Assembly (NCBI RefSeq): GCF_046119375.1
Contig: NW_027362761.1
Coordinates: forward strand, 1,194,802,001-1,194,866,000
Source of the DNA: Phyllobates terribilis
Taxonomy: Eukaryota
Direction: 5' to 3'
Length of the DNA stretch: 64,000 nt
In this document: one piece after another, positions 37,605-49,833 of the stretch
Position numbering within the stretch: the first letter of the stretch is position 1
Layout: the number at the start of each line of letters is the position of its first letter
Made by a program: the position numbers and the translations under genes
Notes under the pieces: model-generated
Told to the model about the DNA's origin: nothing
Database searches by the model: none
What the model saw: only the letters and a program-made list of their open reading frames with translations

Positions 37605-38640
37605 TAAAGCATGATCTATTGCTTTTTTCCAGGGAGGTTTTGACAACTTATCGTGTGGGAAGAAGTCAAGGCATAGGAGACCACAAGCCTCCCATATGGC
37701 AGCCCCTCCCACATAAGCCAAGCCTTTCATCTGACTGGTAATTAACTCTTATCTTCTGCATACTTTGCACTACCACTATTTGTATTTGCAAATTTGACCA
37801 TTATATATATATAACCATTGTGTATATAGTGCTTTGTCTAGTGTGTCCTTAAGGCAATTAAATATATAATTTAACCTTGGGCTGCTCTTTTATCTCTATC
37901 CACAAATCTGCATTCTCAGCTTAACTTTCCATGCTTCTGGGGCTGGTTTGTAGCCCAATATAATCCCGTTAACAGACCACAATATGAAGCCGCTTGGTGA
38001 GGCGGTGAAACGCGCTTCCAAGCGTTTCGGTTGGCGTTTTCCCCCTGGTTCCCTGCTGCTGACACTGCAGTAATAAGTACAGGTATACTATGAGTGTCCT
38101 CCTTGCTTTATATGATATGCTAACCTGATAAATTGTAGCTGGGAGTTAAAGCATAATCTGGGACTATGACTGGTGAGATTTAGGCTGTGAAGTGTACTTG
38201 GTATTTTATTTGCACATGCCTAATATATGTTATCCACTTTATTAGTATTGCAAATTTTTGTGAAATATTTTTCTATGTCCCATTGAGATATTTACACTTT
38301 AAATAATTGTCTCCGATTAAGCTTAAATATTTGTGTCCCAGTGAGCAGGGTGGATTACAGCCATATGCTTGTCTGCAAATTGAGTTTCTGGTTCTGGCTT
38401 ATATCCTAAGTCATGTGATGAGGCTCGTTATAGGGTCACTGGGTTCTGGTCCTCTTCTTCTCTGAAGAGACAACTTGCTGTTATAGACTAGCTATTTAAT
38501 ATACAATACTTGTGTTTTGTCTGTAATATTTTCCAATAAAAATCTTGTATTTTTAATCCCACACTCTGTTGTGTTCTCGGTTGGTTTTACAGTTTTGTAT
38601 TGGAGGGGAAAATATAATTCTTATATGCTATTATATATAA

Positions 38641-38984
38641 TGTGCAACTGGTGGCAGTCCTACCCGGCTGACCAGACTCTATTTCACTGGTGCTAGTGAA
38701 AGGGGCTTCTCAGCCTGTCAGGGTTGTAGGCGAGTGTGGTGCCATGTCAGCGACTGCCTGGGCCACATTCTCTCTCACTCCCCGTGCCTCCCTGGGCCTG
38801 TGTGGACAAGGGATGTCTGTGTAAAACTGTGCCAAGCTGACTTTACTTGTCCCCAGGGGGGAGAGGAATGTCACATTGGGGCAAGTGGGGAGACCGTACC
38901 TTGTGATCCTTCTGACGTAATAGTGACGTCAGGTGGTGGTGTCGAGGTACAAGTTTGTCACATTTGGTGGCAGCGGTGGGATTC
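38641..38984 (+). mobile_element. LTR 3' part with tRNA-Leu primer-binding site (truncated LTR retroelement)
   Basis: ...TGTCACA ends at 38962, then TT and TGGTGGCAGCGGTGGGATTC (38965-38984), complementary to the 3' end of vertebrate tRNA-Leu(AAG/UAG) ...GAAUCCCACCGCUGCCACCA. The left boundary is a guess. Confidence 0.75.
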
Positions 38985-39096
38985 TGCGTGATCTCTCTGA
39001 AGCCATCCTTCACACTATGACTAAGAACCATACACATTTTTAGGTTTGAAATGTATATGCTTTTTAAACTTGTGTATTTTTTTTGTATCTTTTCAG

Positions 39097-39191
39097 TGGA
39101 TTAATTAAGAACTTTTTTAATTGGAACTTTTGGAGATTGATCACTGGACAAGATTACTATTTTTCACACAAGAGGAATGACACCATTTCTG
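39097..39191 (+). other. Candidate exon (weak; would need a GC donor)
   Basis: Acceptor TTTTGTATCTTTTCAG. Open frame GLIKNFFNWNFWRLITGQDYYFSHKRNDTIS. No canonical GT donor before the stop. Confidence 0.2.
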
Positions 39192-39645
39192 GCAATTAAA
39201 TTAGTTGTATCCTGTATTTTGTAACAATTTTCTGCTCTGCAGTCTCTGTATAACTTTCAGTTATATCTGAGCTGGTGGGTAAAGACTAGCTGCTATATTG
39301 TAACATATTTTCAGAAACAGCAACAGCAAAGAGGATATTGCACATCAGTACAATAAAGTGATGACTAATGGTTCAGTGGAGACTGACTGCTGGACCCACA
39401 CAACCCCATCCACACAGTGTAGAGGTGAATCCAGCACTGCAGTGAAATAAATACTGCCTCGAAAGCAGCAGTACAACCTCTCTGCTTCTCTTGATCTGCT
39501 CTTTCCTCCCCTCTTCACATACCTTAATAGGCAACTGTTTCATGTTATATTAAACCATAATGGATTTTAGTGTTTTTTATTAATTCAAATAACTGAATAA
39601 ATCAATAGTGTAAAGGAATATAAGAGACTTTGTGACATAACTTAC

Positions 39646-39736
39646 CAGAGAAATCAGCTTTTTTCTCCAATGCCTTCTGAACTCGCTTTCCACCATAAAA
39701 GACAATTCAAATCCATCTTGGCCAAAACAAGATGAA
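39646..39736 (-). other. Candidate 91-nt exon on the minus strand
   Basis: Acceptor CTCTGTATTGTCAG and donor CTG|GTAAGT. Open frame SSCFGQDGFELSFMVESEFRRHWRKKLISL. Protein not recognised. Confidence 0.25.
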
Positions 39737-41719
39737 CTGACAATACAGAGAGGAATAAAGTTACCACTCCTATTATACTCTATGAATAAGGGGAGGGGCG
39801 AGGAAGAGTTAGGAGCAAAGTTAGAAGAGAAACATAGAAAGATCATGTTGCAGTTAGTGAATGATTTAGGTAAATACAGAGCTGAATTCACAGCTACATT
39901 GCTTAGTACTGTTGCATAATCTCCTTTAAGCTGCTGCTTCTTCTCATCATGTATTGCAAATAAAAAAATCCTACATGCTTTTGTGTACTGTACATGGGAG
40001 ACATCACATCAGCTACACCCACTAGCTCAGAGACAACTGAAAATTACAGATAGAGCCTGAAGAATAAAAAAACTAGTAACAAATGTTATATAAGTTATAT
40101 AATGACCCGCTATATTATTTATCATCATGTACACACAAATTACAGTTTATTCTAAAAAGATGCTTGAAATGACAGGTACAATTTAAAGGGACACTGTCAG
40201 CTCAGAATGGATATTTAAACTAAGAACCATCACTCGATGCTTCACAGCGGGGCCAATCAGTTAAATACACCTTCCAACATGCTTGATTCCACCAATCGCT
40301 AACGCCCCTCTTCTTTGATTGACAGCTCTGGCTTCATAGAGCAGATAAGTGTCATGGGTGTGTCAGGTTTGACAGACAGTCATTCTGGATCTGACTGTAG
40401 AAGGCCGCTGTGCTTGGCTTTGCAGACACCTTCTTGATCTTTTCATCATCCTTCTATCACTAGGACCCAGCGGTGATCTCCATCTTCTGCTGCTAATTAA
40501 CACACCCTTGCTTGATATTTAAAAACCCTCAGTGTCTCCAGAGAGTCACCGGTGATATAAGTATTTTACTCTCTTCAGGCCTGGAGTTCTAGCAGTCGGC
40601 TAGCTTCATTGGTGAATTGTTGTTGTGATCTCTCTGGTGTCTTCTGAAAACTTGTTTGTTTGTCTTGTTTGTCTTTTGTTGCAGTGGGGCTGACTAGTGC
40701 TCACCCCTTCCCCTCCCTACCTAGGGCCTAGATCTAGGGTCAGTCAGGGATTAGGTATCCTGCTCGGTGATAGATATGGAACCTATTTAACATAGTAACA
40801 TAGTTTTTAAGGTTGAAGGAAGACTAAGTCCATCTAGTTAAACCCATAGCCTAACTTGTTAATCCAGAGGAAGGCAAAAAAAACACCATGTGGCAAACAC
40901 TAAGCTCCACATTGGGGAAAAAAATTCCTTCCCGACTCCATACGACAATCAGACTAGTTCCCTGGATCAACGCCCTATCAAGGAATCTAGTATTTATAAC
41001 CTACAATATTATACTTTTCAAGAAAGGCATCCATGCACTTCTTAAATTTTAACAGTGAATCACTCATTACTAGTGTTGAGCGAACATGCTCGACACTGCT
41101 CGGTACTCGCCCGAGCATCACGCTACTCGGGATGTTCGGTGAGAACCGAGCATTTCCGGGTTACTCGGGCGGGAGCTCGGGTCTCCGCCATGCATGTCTG
41201 GCGCTCTTTACAGAGCCAATGAACATGCAGGGATTGCCAGCCAGTCACTGTAATGCCGCAGCCATGGTGTTTGTGGGCATTACAGTGATTGGCTGGCTGC
41301 ACAGCGTCACCTCGAGTATTTAAAACCGGGCGCCGCCATCTTGGACACAGTCGCTCCGGATCAGACAGTGTAGGGACAGCGCTGCTGATTTAGGGAGAGA
41401 TATATCCTGCAAAATAGTAAGTGTAGGGTCTGTAAAGGCTGCCAGATCAAACAAACAGTCCTTCTCAGAACTAATATCCATCCCAGGTATATCAGGCAGG
41501 CAGGCTGTATAGGAGACGCAGTGGTTATACCAGCAAACGCTGCATTACAGTCCTGTGTGCTGCTCCTGTTGCTGAAATTGCTGGACTTAGCTCCAGGTCC
41601 CGGGGGCCAGGAAAAATCCTTTTTTTTTATCTAAATCCTCTTTTTTTTTTCCTCCTTCACAATGTACAAATACCCATCTTATTAACCTTTTGGTGTCCCC
41701 CCCCCCCCCCCAAAAAAAA

Positions 41720-43260
41720 GTGTGCCTCTGATTTTTCAGACACAAATATATCTGTTGAAAATAGTCTGGTGTAGGCCAGAGAAATAGAAGTGTGGTTTTG
41801 CAGTTCCACGGTTCAAACCTCTGCATTATCCACTTTTGGGCCATTTGTATCTAAAAAAAACAGTTTGAGTGTGTCGCTCACTGTTCAGCCGCAAATATAT
41901 ATATATATATTCAAAAAGTCTGGTATACACCAGTAAACAATAACTGTGGTTTTGCTGTTCCACGGTAAAACATCTCTATTATTCTGCTTTTGGCATTTTT
42001 TGCCGTAAAAAATAAATAGTGTCTCCTGATTGTTCAGACACAAATATATCTGTTGAAAATAGTCTGGTGTAGGCCCGAGAAATATAAGTGTGGCTTTGCA
42101 GTTTCACCGTTCAAACCTCTATATTATCCACTTTTGGGCCATTTGTATCTAAAAAAAACAGTTTGAGTGTGTCGCTCACTGTTCAGCCGCAAATATCTCT
42201 ATTTAAAAAAGTGTGGTATACCCCAGTAAACAATAACTGTGGTTTTGCCATCCCACGGTAAAAAATCTCTATTATTCAGGTTTTGATAGTTTTTTCCGTA
42301 AAGAAAAACAATAGTGTCTCCTTACTGTTGTGACACAAAAATATATCTGTTGAAAATAGTCTTGTGTAGGCCAGAGAAATATAAGTGTGGTTTTGCAGTT
42401 CTATGGGCCATTTGTATCTAAAATAAACAGTTTGAGTGTGTCGCTCACTGTTCAGCCGCAAATATATATATTTAAAAAAGTCTGGTATACACCAGTAAAT
42501 TATTACTGTGGTTTTGATGTTACACGGTAAAACATCTCTATTATCCTGTTTTTGCCATTTTTTGCTGTATAAATATAATAATAGTGTCTCCCTGATTTTT
42601 CAGACACAAATATATCTGTTGAAAATAGTCTGGTGTAGGCCAAAGAGACAGAAGTGTGCTTTTGCTGTTCCACGGTAAAAAATCTCTATTATCCTGCTTT
42701 TTGCATTTTTTGCTGTAAAAAAAAAATAATAGTGTCTCCCTGATTTTTCAGACACAAATATATCTGTTGAAAATAGTCTGGTGTAGGCCCGAGAAATACA
42801 AGTGTGGTTTTGCAGTTCCACGGTTCAAACCTCTGTATTACCCACTTTTGGGCCATTTGTATCTAAAAAAAAACAGTTTGAGTGTGTTGCTCACTGTTCA
42901 GCCGCAAATAGATATATATTCAAAAAAGTGTGTTGTACCCCAGTAAACAATAACTGTGGTTTTGCTGTTCCACGGTAAAAAATCTCTATTATTCAGGTTT
43001 TGGTAGTTTTTTCCATAAAGAAAAACAGTAGTGTCTCCTGACTGTTGTGACACAAAAATATATCTGTTGAAAATAGTCTTGTGTAGGCCCGACATCCCAG
43101 TGTGGTTTCGCAGTTCCACGGGTCAAATGGCTGTACTATCCAGTTTTGGGCCTTTGGTATCTAAAAAAAAAGCAGTTTGAGTGTGTCGCTCACTGTTCAG
43201 CCGCAAATATCTCTATTTAAAAAAGTGTGGTATACCCCAGTAAACAATAACTGTGGTTTT
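41720..43260. repeat. 5' internal tandem array of the hAT (~150-bp monomers in a ~300-bp higher-order unit)
   Basis: CACAAATATATCTGTTGAAAATAGTCT(G/T)GTGTAGGCC recurs near 41740, 42040, 42340, 42605, 42755 and 43055, mostly alternating with AAACAGTTTGAGTGTGTCGCTCACTGTTCAGCCGCAAAT. Confidence 0.85.
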
Positions 43261-43341
43261 CCTCTTCCACGGTTCTAATCTACTCTTTATTACCCTTTTT
43301 CCATTGATAGTGCAAGTGTAAGCTATTTTACTTCATTTACA

Positions 43342-46300
43342 ATGGGCAAAGCGCGTGGCAAGGGACGTGGAAGTGGACGTTCTGGTGATGGTTCGTGCTG
43401 AGGACGGGGCCGTGGCCAAGGTGAAAATGTGCCACAACCAACAGCCACATCTTCTCGCTCCCACTTCTTGACCAAATTACTAGGGAAGCACAGAACAACA
43501 CCAGTATTGAGAACTGATCAGTGTGAACAGGTTATTAATTGGATAGCAGACAATACTTCCAGTTACCTGGGCACCACCACCTCCGGTCTGTCTTCCACAT
43601 GGTCAACTCTTAGTAGCCGTGAGTCTCGACCGCATACTCCTCCTCACCCTGATGCTCCTTTCTCCCACCATGCCGAGTGTCGTCAGACAGCAAGTGATCC
43701 CACACTTGGACACTCTGAAGAGCTGTTCACTGGTCCATTTCCATATTTGGGCCCCTCGTCTGATACGCTTGAAGTGGTGGAAGAGGAGATCCCATGTTGC
43801 GATGCCCAAATATTTGAACAGCCACGGCCACAGGAAGTCGACGTTGGCAATCTGTCACAAGAGGTGGACAATGATGAGACACAATTGCCAGGAAGTGAGG
43901 AGGAGGATCGTGGTGCGGAAGTGGAAGAGGAGGAGGTGGTGGATGATCTAGTAACTGACCCAACGTGGAAGGAGGACATGCAGAGTGAGGCCAGCAGCAC
44001 ACAGAGGGAGGGAGGCAGAGTACCCCAACAGGCAGGAAGAAGCAGTGTGGTGGCCGCAGACAGAAGGCAGGCAACCGTTCCCCGTAACACCAACACGAGG
44101 GACGTTGCCAGTACAAGCGGTAGGTCTTCCAGAGTCTGGAATTTTTTTAAAGACTCTGCTGATAACCCCAAAAAGGCCATATGTTCCACCTGCCATGCCA
44201 GCATCAGCAGGGGTGACAAAACTACAAGCCTGACCACCACCAGCATGATCAGGCACATGGCAGCAAAGCACCCGACTTTGTGGGGCGAAATCCAGGGTCC
44301 ACGACCAGTGTCAGCGGGTGTCACCACTGCTTCTTCCACTGTTGTGCGTGCAATAGAACCCCCTGTTGTGTGTGCAAGGCAATCCCCTGTCCATACTGCA
44401 TGTAAAGATGCCCCCTCCTCTCAGTCTTCACTTGTTATGGCAGTTTCTCAAGAAACAGCATCAACGTCCACGTCCACGTCCCACCGCAGCGTTCAATTGT
44501 CCATATCCCAGACCTTTGAACGAAAGCGGAAATTTGCAGCTAACGCCCCTCAGGCCACAGTCCTAAATTCGCACATTTCACGATTGCTTGCATTGGAAAT
44601 GCTGCCTTTTAGGCTGGTGGAGACGGAATCCTTCCGCAATCTTATGGCGGTGGCCGTCCCTCGGTACTCAGTCCCCAGCCGACACTATTTTGCCCGGTGT
44701 GCCATCCCCGCACTACACAAACACGTGTCCCAAAGCATCTGCCGTGCCCTCAACAACGCAGTTACTGGGAGAGTCCACCTGACAACGGACACGTGGACAA
44801 GTGCTTGTGGCCAGGGACGGTACATCTCTCTGACGGCACACTGGGTAAACATAGTGGAAGCCGGGACCCAGTCGGACCTTGGGACGGAACACATCCTCCC
44901 CACACCGAGGATTGCAGGCCCTATGTCAGTCAGAGTTGCCCCTACAGTGTACAGCTCCTGCGCATCCTCCTCCTCCTCCTCCTCCTCCTCATGTTCAGCC
45001 TCCAGCTCAGATATCACCACATCAGTTACAAGCTGGAAGCATTGCAGTACTGCCTCTGCCAAGCGGCAACATGCTGTGCTGAAACTCATAAGCTCAGGTG
45101 ATAAACCTCACACTGCTTGTGAGTTGTGGACAGCTGTGAAAGAGCAGGCAGATCTGTGGCTGAGACTGCTGAACCTATATCCCGGCATGGTCGTGTGACC
45201 TGGTGGTGGCTCTGAGGCGAGGTGAGATCACACACGTACCATGCCTGGCTCATGTGCTTAACCTCGTGGTTCAGCGGTTTCTTAAATCGTACCCCGAGTT
45301 GCCAGATCTGCTCGTGAAAGTACGCCGCCTGTCAGCTCATTTTTGCAAGTCGGCTACAGCTTCCATCGCCCTTGCTGTGTTGCAGCAGCGTTTGCAGCTT
45401 CCGGCACACCGATTGGTGTGTGATGTCCCCACATGTTGGAACTCTACCCTCCACATGTTGCAAAGGATTTGTGAGCAGAAGAGAGCAGCTGTGGAGTACC
45501 AGCTGCAACAAAGCCGTCGATATTCAGGTCAGACTCCACACATAAGACCTCAGGAGTGGACCTGGATGTCTGACATATGTACCATACTGACAAACTTTGA
45601 GGAGGCCACCAAGATGGTGAGTGGCGATGACGCCATCATTAGTGTCAGCATCCCGTCTTTTGCAACGCTCTCTGCAGAGAATTAAAGAGGAGGCATTGCA
45701 GCCAGAGTATGATGAGATGGATCAAGAAGCCGTAGCGGGCGATTACACACAGCCCAGCCTCATCTCATCCCAACGTGCATTAGGGGACAATGAGGGAGAG
45801 GAGGAGGAGGAGGAAGATCAGGAGCTGCAATCATGCGTTGTAGACGGTAGTATCTGTACAAGTGTCATACCGTCGGTTCAGCGTGGGTGGCCTGAGGACA
45901 GGGGGAAGGAGGAAGAGGAGGAGGAGGAGGAGAGCATGGTCATTCGTCATCTTGGTGAGGACACGGAAATTTTGCCCGTTACCAGTCTGGCACGCATAGC
46001 TGACTTTATGTTACGCTGCCTTAACCGTCACCCTCGCGTTGTCAAAATGTTGGGTGACAGTCATTACTGGTTGGTGACAGTTGTAGACCCCCGCTACAAG
46101 GAGAACTTTCACTCTCTTATTCCTGAGGTGGAGAGGTCTACAAAAATGGGGCAATACCAGAAGGCCCTTGCTGCAGAACTCTTAAAAAAAATCACATCTG
46201 AACACGGTAGCGGCAGAGGTCACAGTTCGCTGCCCAACTAAGGCATACAGGCGAGAGAGACGCAACTCCAATCCAGCAGAGGCAGGGGAACACTGTCAAT

Positions 46301-46674
46301 GTTCTAGAACAGTTTTCTGAGACCTGCCCAGCTTACAGGCCCTGAGGCGCAGGGTACTCTCACAAGGAGTGGAAAGTTTCAAAAGATGGTGAGGGAGTAC
46401 CAGCGTCCTCCGTGATTCCTCTGTGCCTTTTAATTATTGGGTATCCAAGCTGGACACTTGGAATGAACTCACTCTGTATGCCTTGGAGGTCATGGCCTGC
46501 CCTGCCGCTAGCATGTTATCGGAGCGTGTTTTTAGTGCCGCTGGGGGAATTATAACTGATAAGCGCACTCGCCTGTCAACTGACAATGCTGACAAGCTTA
46601 CCCTTATCAAAATGAACAAGGGCTGGATTGGGCCAGACTTCTCATCACCACCAAATGACAGCAGAGTAACATAA
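43342..46674 (+). pseudogene. hAT transposase with BED zinc finger (ZBED-like), disrupted
   Basis: ATG at 43342, RG-rich start with a CGA>TGA stop. BED finger VWNFF..AICSTC..MIRHMAAKH; TTDTWTS (first Asp); VVCDNG motif deleted and frameshifted at ~45195; CLAHVLNL; WNSTLHM; PFNYW..SERVFSAAG..R.RL (catalytic Glu and dimerisation domain). Confidence 0.93.
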
Positions 46675-46959
46675 AGTCAAATCCACTGTGTTATTTCGGG
46701 AGGTGTATTCCCATGCATCGCTTCACACCCACACATGGGTATACGCTTCCTCATTTCGGCTGTTTTTTGCTCTTCTCCTTATCCTCAGCCTCCACGACCA
46801 CTATACCACCAGGGTGACCGTGGTCCATGTTGCCAGCATTGCAAGTTCCTCTGTCCTAGTTTTTGGCAGCTTTTGCTTGGAAGGCATAGGCAAAGACTAT
46901 GGGAGACCCACTCCCCAATAATGGGAATAATGTTTTTAATATGCTGTACTGCATGGCTC

Positions 46960-47600
46960 TTGTAAGGGGCATTAAAATAGTCTTGTTAAGCTACTGTGAC
47001 CTCCACGTCTCTTCCAAGGGTCGTTAATATTGTCTTTTTATTCCACTGCGACCTCCACCACTCTTCCAAGGGGCATTAAAAGCGTCTTGTTAAGCTACTG
47101 TGACCTCCACGTCTCTTCCACAGGGCGTTGATATTGTCTTTTTATTCCACTGTAACCTCCACCACTCTTCCAAGGGGCATTGATATTGTCTTTGTATTCC
47201 ACTGCGACCTCCACCACTCTTCCAACGGGCATTAAAACCGTCTTTGTTAAGCTATTGTGACCTCCGCGTCTCTTCCACGGGGCATTGATATTGTCTTTTT
47301 ATTCCACTGTAACCTCCACCACTCTTCCAAGGGGCATTAAAACTGTCTTGTTAAACCACTCTGAACTCCACGTCTCTTCCGAGGGGCATTAAAACCATCT
47401 TGTGAAGCTACTGTGACCTCCACATCTCTTCCAAGGGGCATTAAAACTGTCTTGTTAAACCACTCTGAACTCCACGTCTCTTCTAAGGGGCATTAAAACC
47501 GTCTTGTTAAACCACTCTGAACTCCACAGCTCTTCCAAGGGGCATTGACATGTTGTTTTTAATTACCTCTAACCTCCACGACTCTTGCAACGGGCATTGC
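46960..47600. repeat. 3' internal tandem array of the hAT (~55-65 bp units)
   Basis: CTCCAC(G/C)(T/A)CTCTTCCAAGGGGCATT repeated more than ten times with two alternating spacers. Confidence 0.85.
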
Positions 47601-48289
47601 ATTTCCTCCTAATTTTTGTCAGCTTTTGCTTTTCAATGCATAGGCGAACACTAAGGGAGACCCACTCCACAATAATGGGTAGAAGGTTTTTAATACGCTG
47701 TTATCCACGTCTGTTTCAAGGGGCATTGCAGTGCCTAATAATTTTTGGAAAGCCTTCTATTCCCTGCTTAGGCCAACAGTGTACAGTAGACCCAGTTGCT
47801 ATAAATGGAAAAAACGGTTTAGTTAGGGCCCTCTGACCTCCATGTCACTTCCAAGGGGCATTGGAGTGCCTCGAAATTTTTGGTAGGCATTGCATTCACT
47901 GTATGCCTTATAACTGTGTAGCTGAACCGCTCCTTTTGGTACAGAAACATATCCTACAAGACATGTGTGGTTGGCTGGCCTGATATTGATGTGAATGGTC
48001 CCTGTTCCTCCTGCTCTTTCTCCTTTGCCACCACCTCATCCATTATTCATCACCTGAAGCTATGTTTTAACGGGAGTCATAGAACTGGGATAGTAGCAGG
48101 AAAACATCCAGCAATCCTCGAAGGAGATAGAATATGCGCCAAAACGCTGACCACCTCAGGCCTAGCTGCTACTACATACATGCGCTTGCATTCCAAGCAA
48201 CAGAAAGCTAAGGAGGTGGATGGCCTCATGATCATGAATAATTTACTCGTTGTGTAGGAGGCCGACCACTGCTGCTGTCTACCTTCTGA

Positions 48290-48990
48290 ACTTTGTGTTG
48301 AAGCCTGATTGACCCAGGACCCGCAATCCTCTATGTCTGGAGGACGTGTTGCATCCCAGTGTCCAACTGTGTCCCGGCTTCCACAATATTAACCCAGTGT
48401 GAAGGCGTCAGTGAGATGGACCATTCCTGGCCACATTCACTTGTCCACGTGTTTGTGGTTAGGCTGTCATTCCCACTAAATGCACTGGGGAGGGCACAGG
48501 TAATGTTTTGGTATGCGCGCTTGTGTATAAGGCGCACCGGGACAAATAGGGGCGGCTGGGGACCGTTTATGGACACCCGGCCACCCCCACATGGCTGGGG
48601 ACTGTGTGTGGGCACCCGGCCGCGGGGCGGCTGGGGACTGAGTATGGACACCCGGCCGCCCCCTGGCGGCTGGGGACCAAGCGTGGACACTCGGCCGCCA
48701 GGCAGCTGGGGACTGAGTATGAATACCAGGCTACCGACGCAGCCATGACGTGGTGGCCAGATTCCACCTCCACATGCCTAAAAGGCCCAATTTCAAGTGC
48801 AAGCAAGCTAGCAGTATGGTATTGCAGCCTGGGGGTGGGTCGGTGGCAGGCTGCATACTTGCGCTTGTATTGCAAGTTATGGGGGAGGTACAATTGAACA
48901 CTGCCCTGGGACAAGGACTTGCACGGGGATAGTTGCAAGTCTGCATCTTCTGATGCGGCAAGGATCACTTCTGATGGGCACACTTTTAGG
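48290..48990 (-). pseudogene. Degenerate inverted copy of the middle of the hAT transposase, inside the same element
   Basis: Minus-strand SVQLYLPHNLQYKRKYAA..SLLALEIGPFRHVEVE and LTTNTWTSECGQEWSISLT..HWVNIVEAGTQ match SVQLSISQTFERKRKFAA..RLLALEMLPFRLVETE and LTTDTWTSACGQGRYISLTAHWVNIVEAGTQ of ORF 43429..45198. Confidence 0.85.
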
Positions 48991-49833
48991 CAGTGACCTG
49001 GGTGTCAGAGATGCTTCCAGGGGTCTTCCCCATGCTGTTCCCATGTCTTTTTAGCACTGTATGCATGTGTCACACAGCACATGGCCAGATAAGGTTGTAA
49101 AATGTTAAAATGACATTTCCCGGTGAATGCATTTGTCACGGTTGAAAGCAATACAAACGTGCAAAATTGCATAAAAAATGCTACCTGTGAACTTAGCCCA
49201 AGGTGTGGAGGAGTATTTTTGCTTTTGGTTATTTATTTTACCTTATACACAAGTCTTTACCCTGGAAAGGATGTTCCTTAACCCTTTTCCGACCTGGTCA
49301 GTAATAGTACGCACCAGGTCGGGAAGGCCGGTTCAGCGGGGGCTCCGGCGGTGAGCCCGCACTGAAGCGAGCACATGTCAGCTGATTATTGGAATCGCAA
49401 TCCACCCGCGGCTGTTAACATGTTAAATCTCTGACAGTGGCATTTAACTCGCGCTTCCGGGAGTCCTAAGCCCCGCCCATCAGTGACCCCGTCACGTGAT
49501 CGCGGGTCACTAATGCGTGGGCATGACAACTCAGGGTCTGCAGCAGACGCCTGTGGTTGTCATGTCTCAATTGCTATGAGCGCCACCTAGTGGTCAGCGC
49601 TCATAGCAAGTGAGCATTTCTCCTGCATACAAGCGATCTGCTCATCGCTTGTATGCAGTAGAAGCAATCAGACAACTGCTGCTTCTAGTCTCCTCTGGAG
49701 ACTATAGAAGCAAGCAGAAAGTGTAAAAAAAAAGTTTTTTAAAAAAATAAATAAATAAAAAATATATAAAAGTTTAAGTCACCCCCCTTTCGCCCCATTC
49801 AAAATAAAATATATATATATATATATATATATA

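Noticed and set aside
36522-37741. Long Cys/Pro/Leu-rich ORFs
   Set aside because: These are translations of minisatellites inside the solo LTR.
38415-38465. GTGATGA...CTGA as a C/D snoRNA
   Set aside because: The spacing is short, there is no convincing terminal stem or recognisable guide, and it lies in repeat-like sequence.
40350-40787. Possible 5' LTR of the 18569-34420 chromovirus
   Set aside because: It is in the opposite orientation and has its own ATAAG TSD with the 56644 end, so it is an independent solo LTR.
43683-45089. Antisense and alternative-frame ORFs over the hAT transposase, and over CR1 at 53202-54575
   Set aside because: They are shadow ORFs of real coding sequence with no independent features.
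43429-45198. 589-aa ORF as a domesticated ZBED gene
   Set aside because: It sits between intact TIRs and a TSD, has an upstream in-frame stop, has lost the second catalytic motif and has downstream frameshifts.
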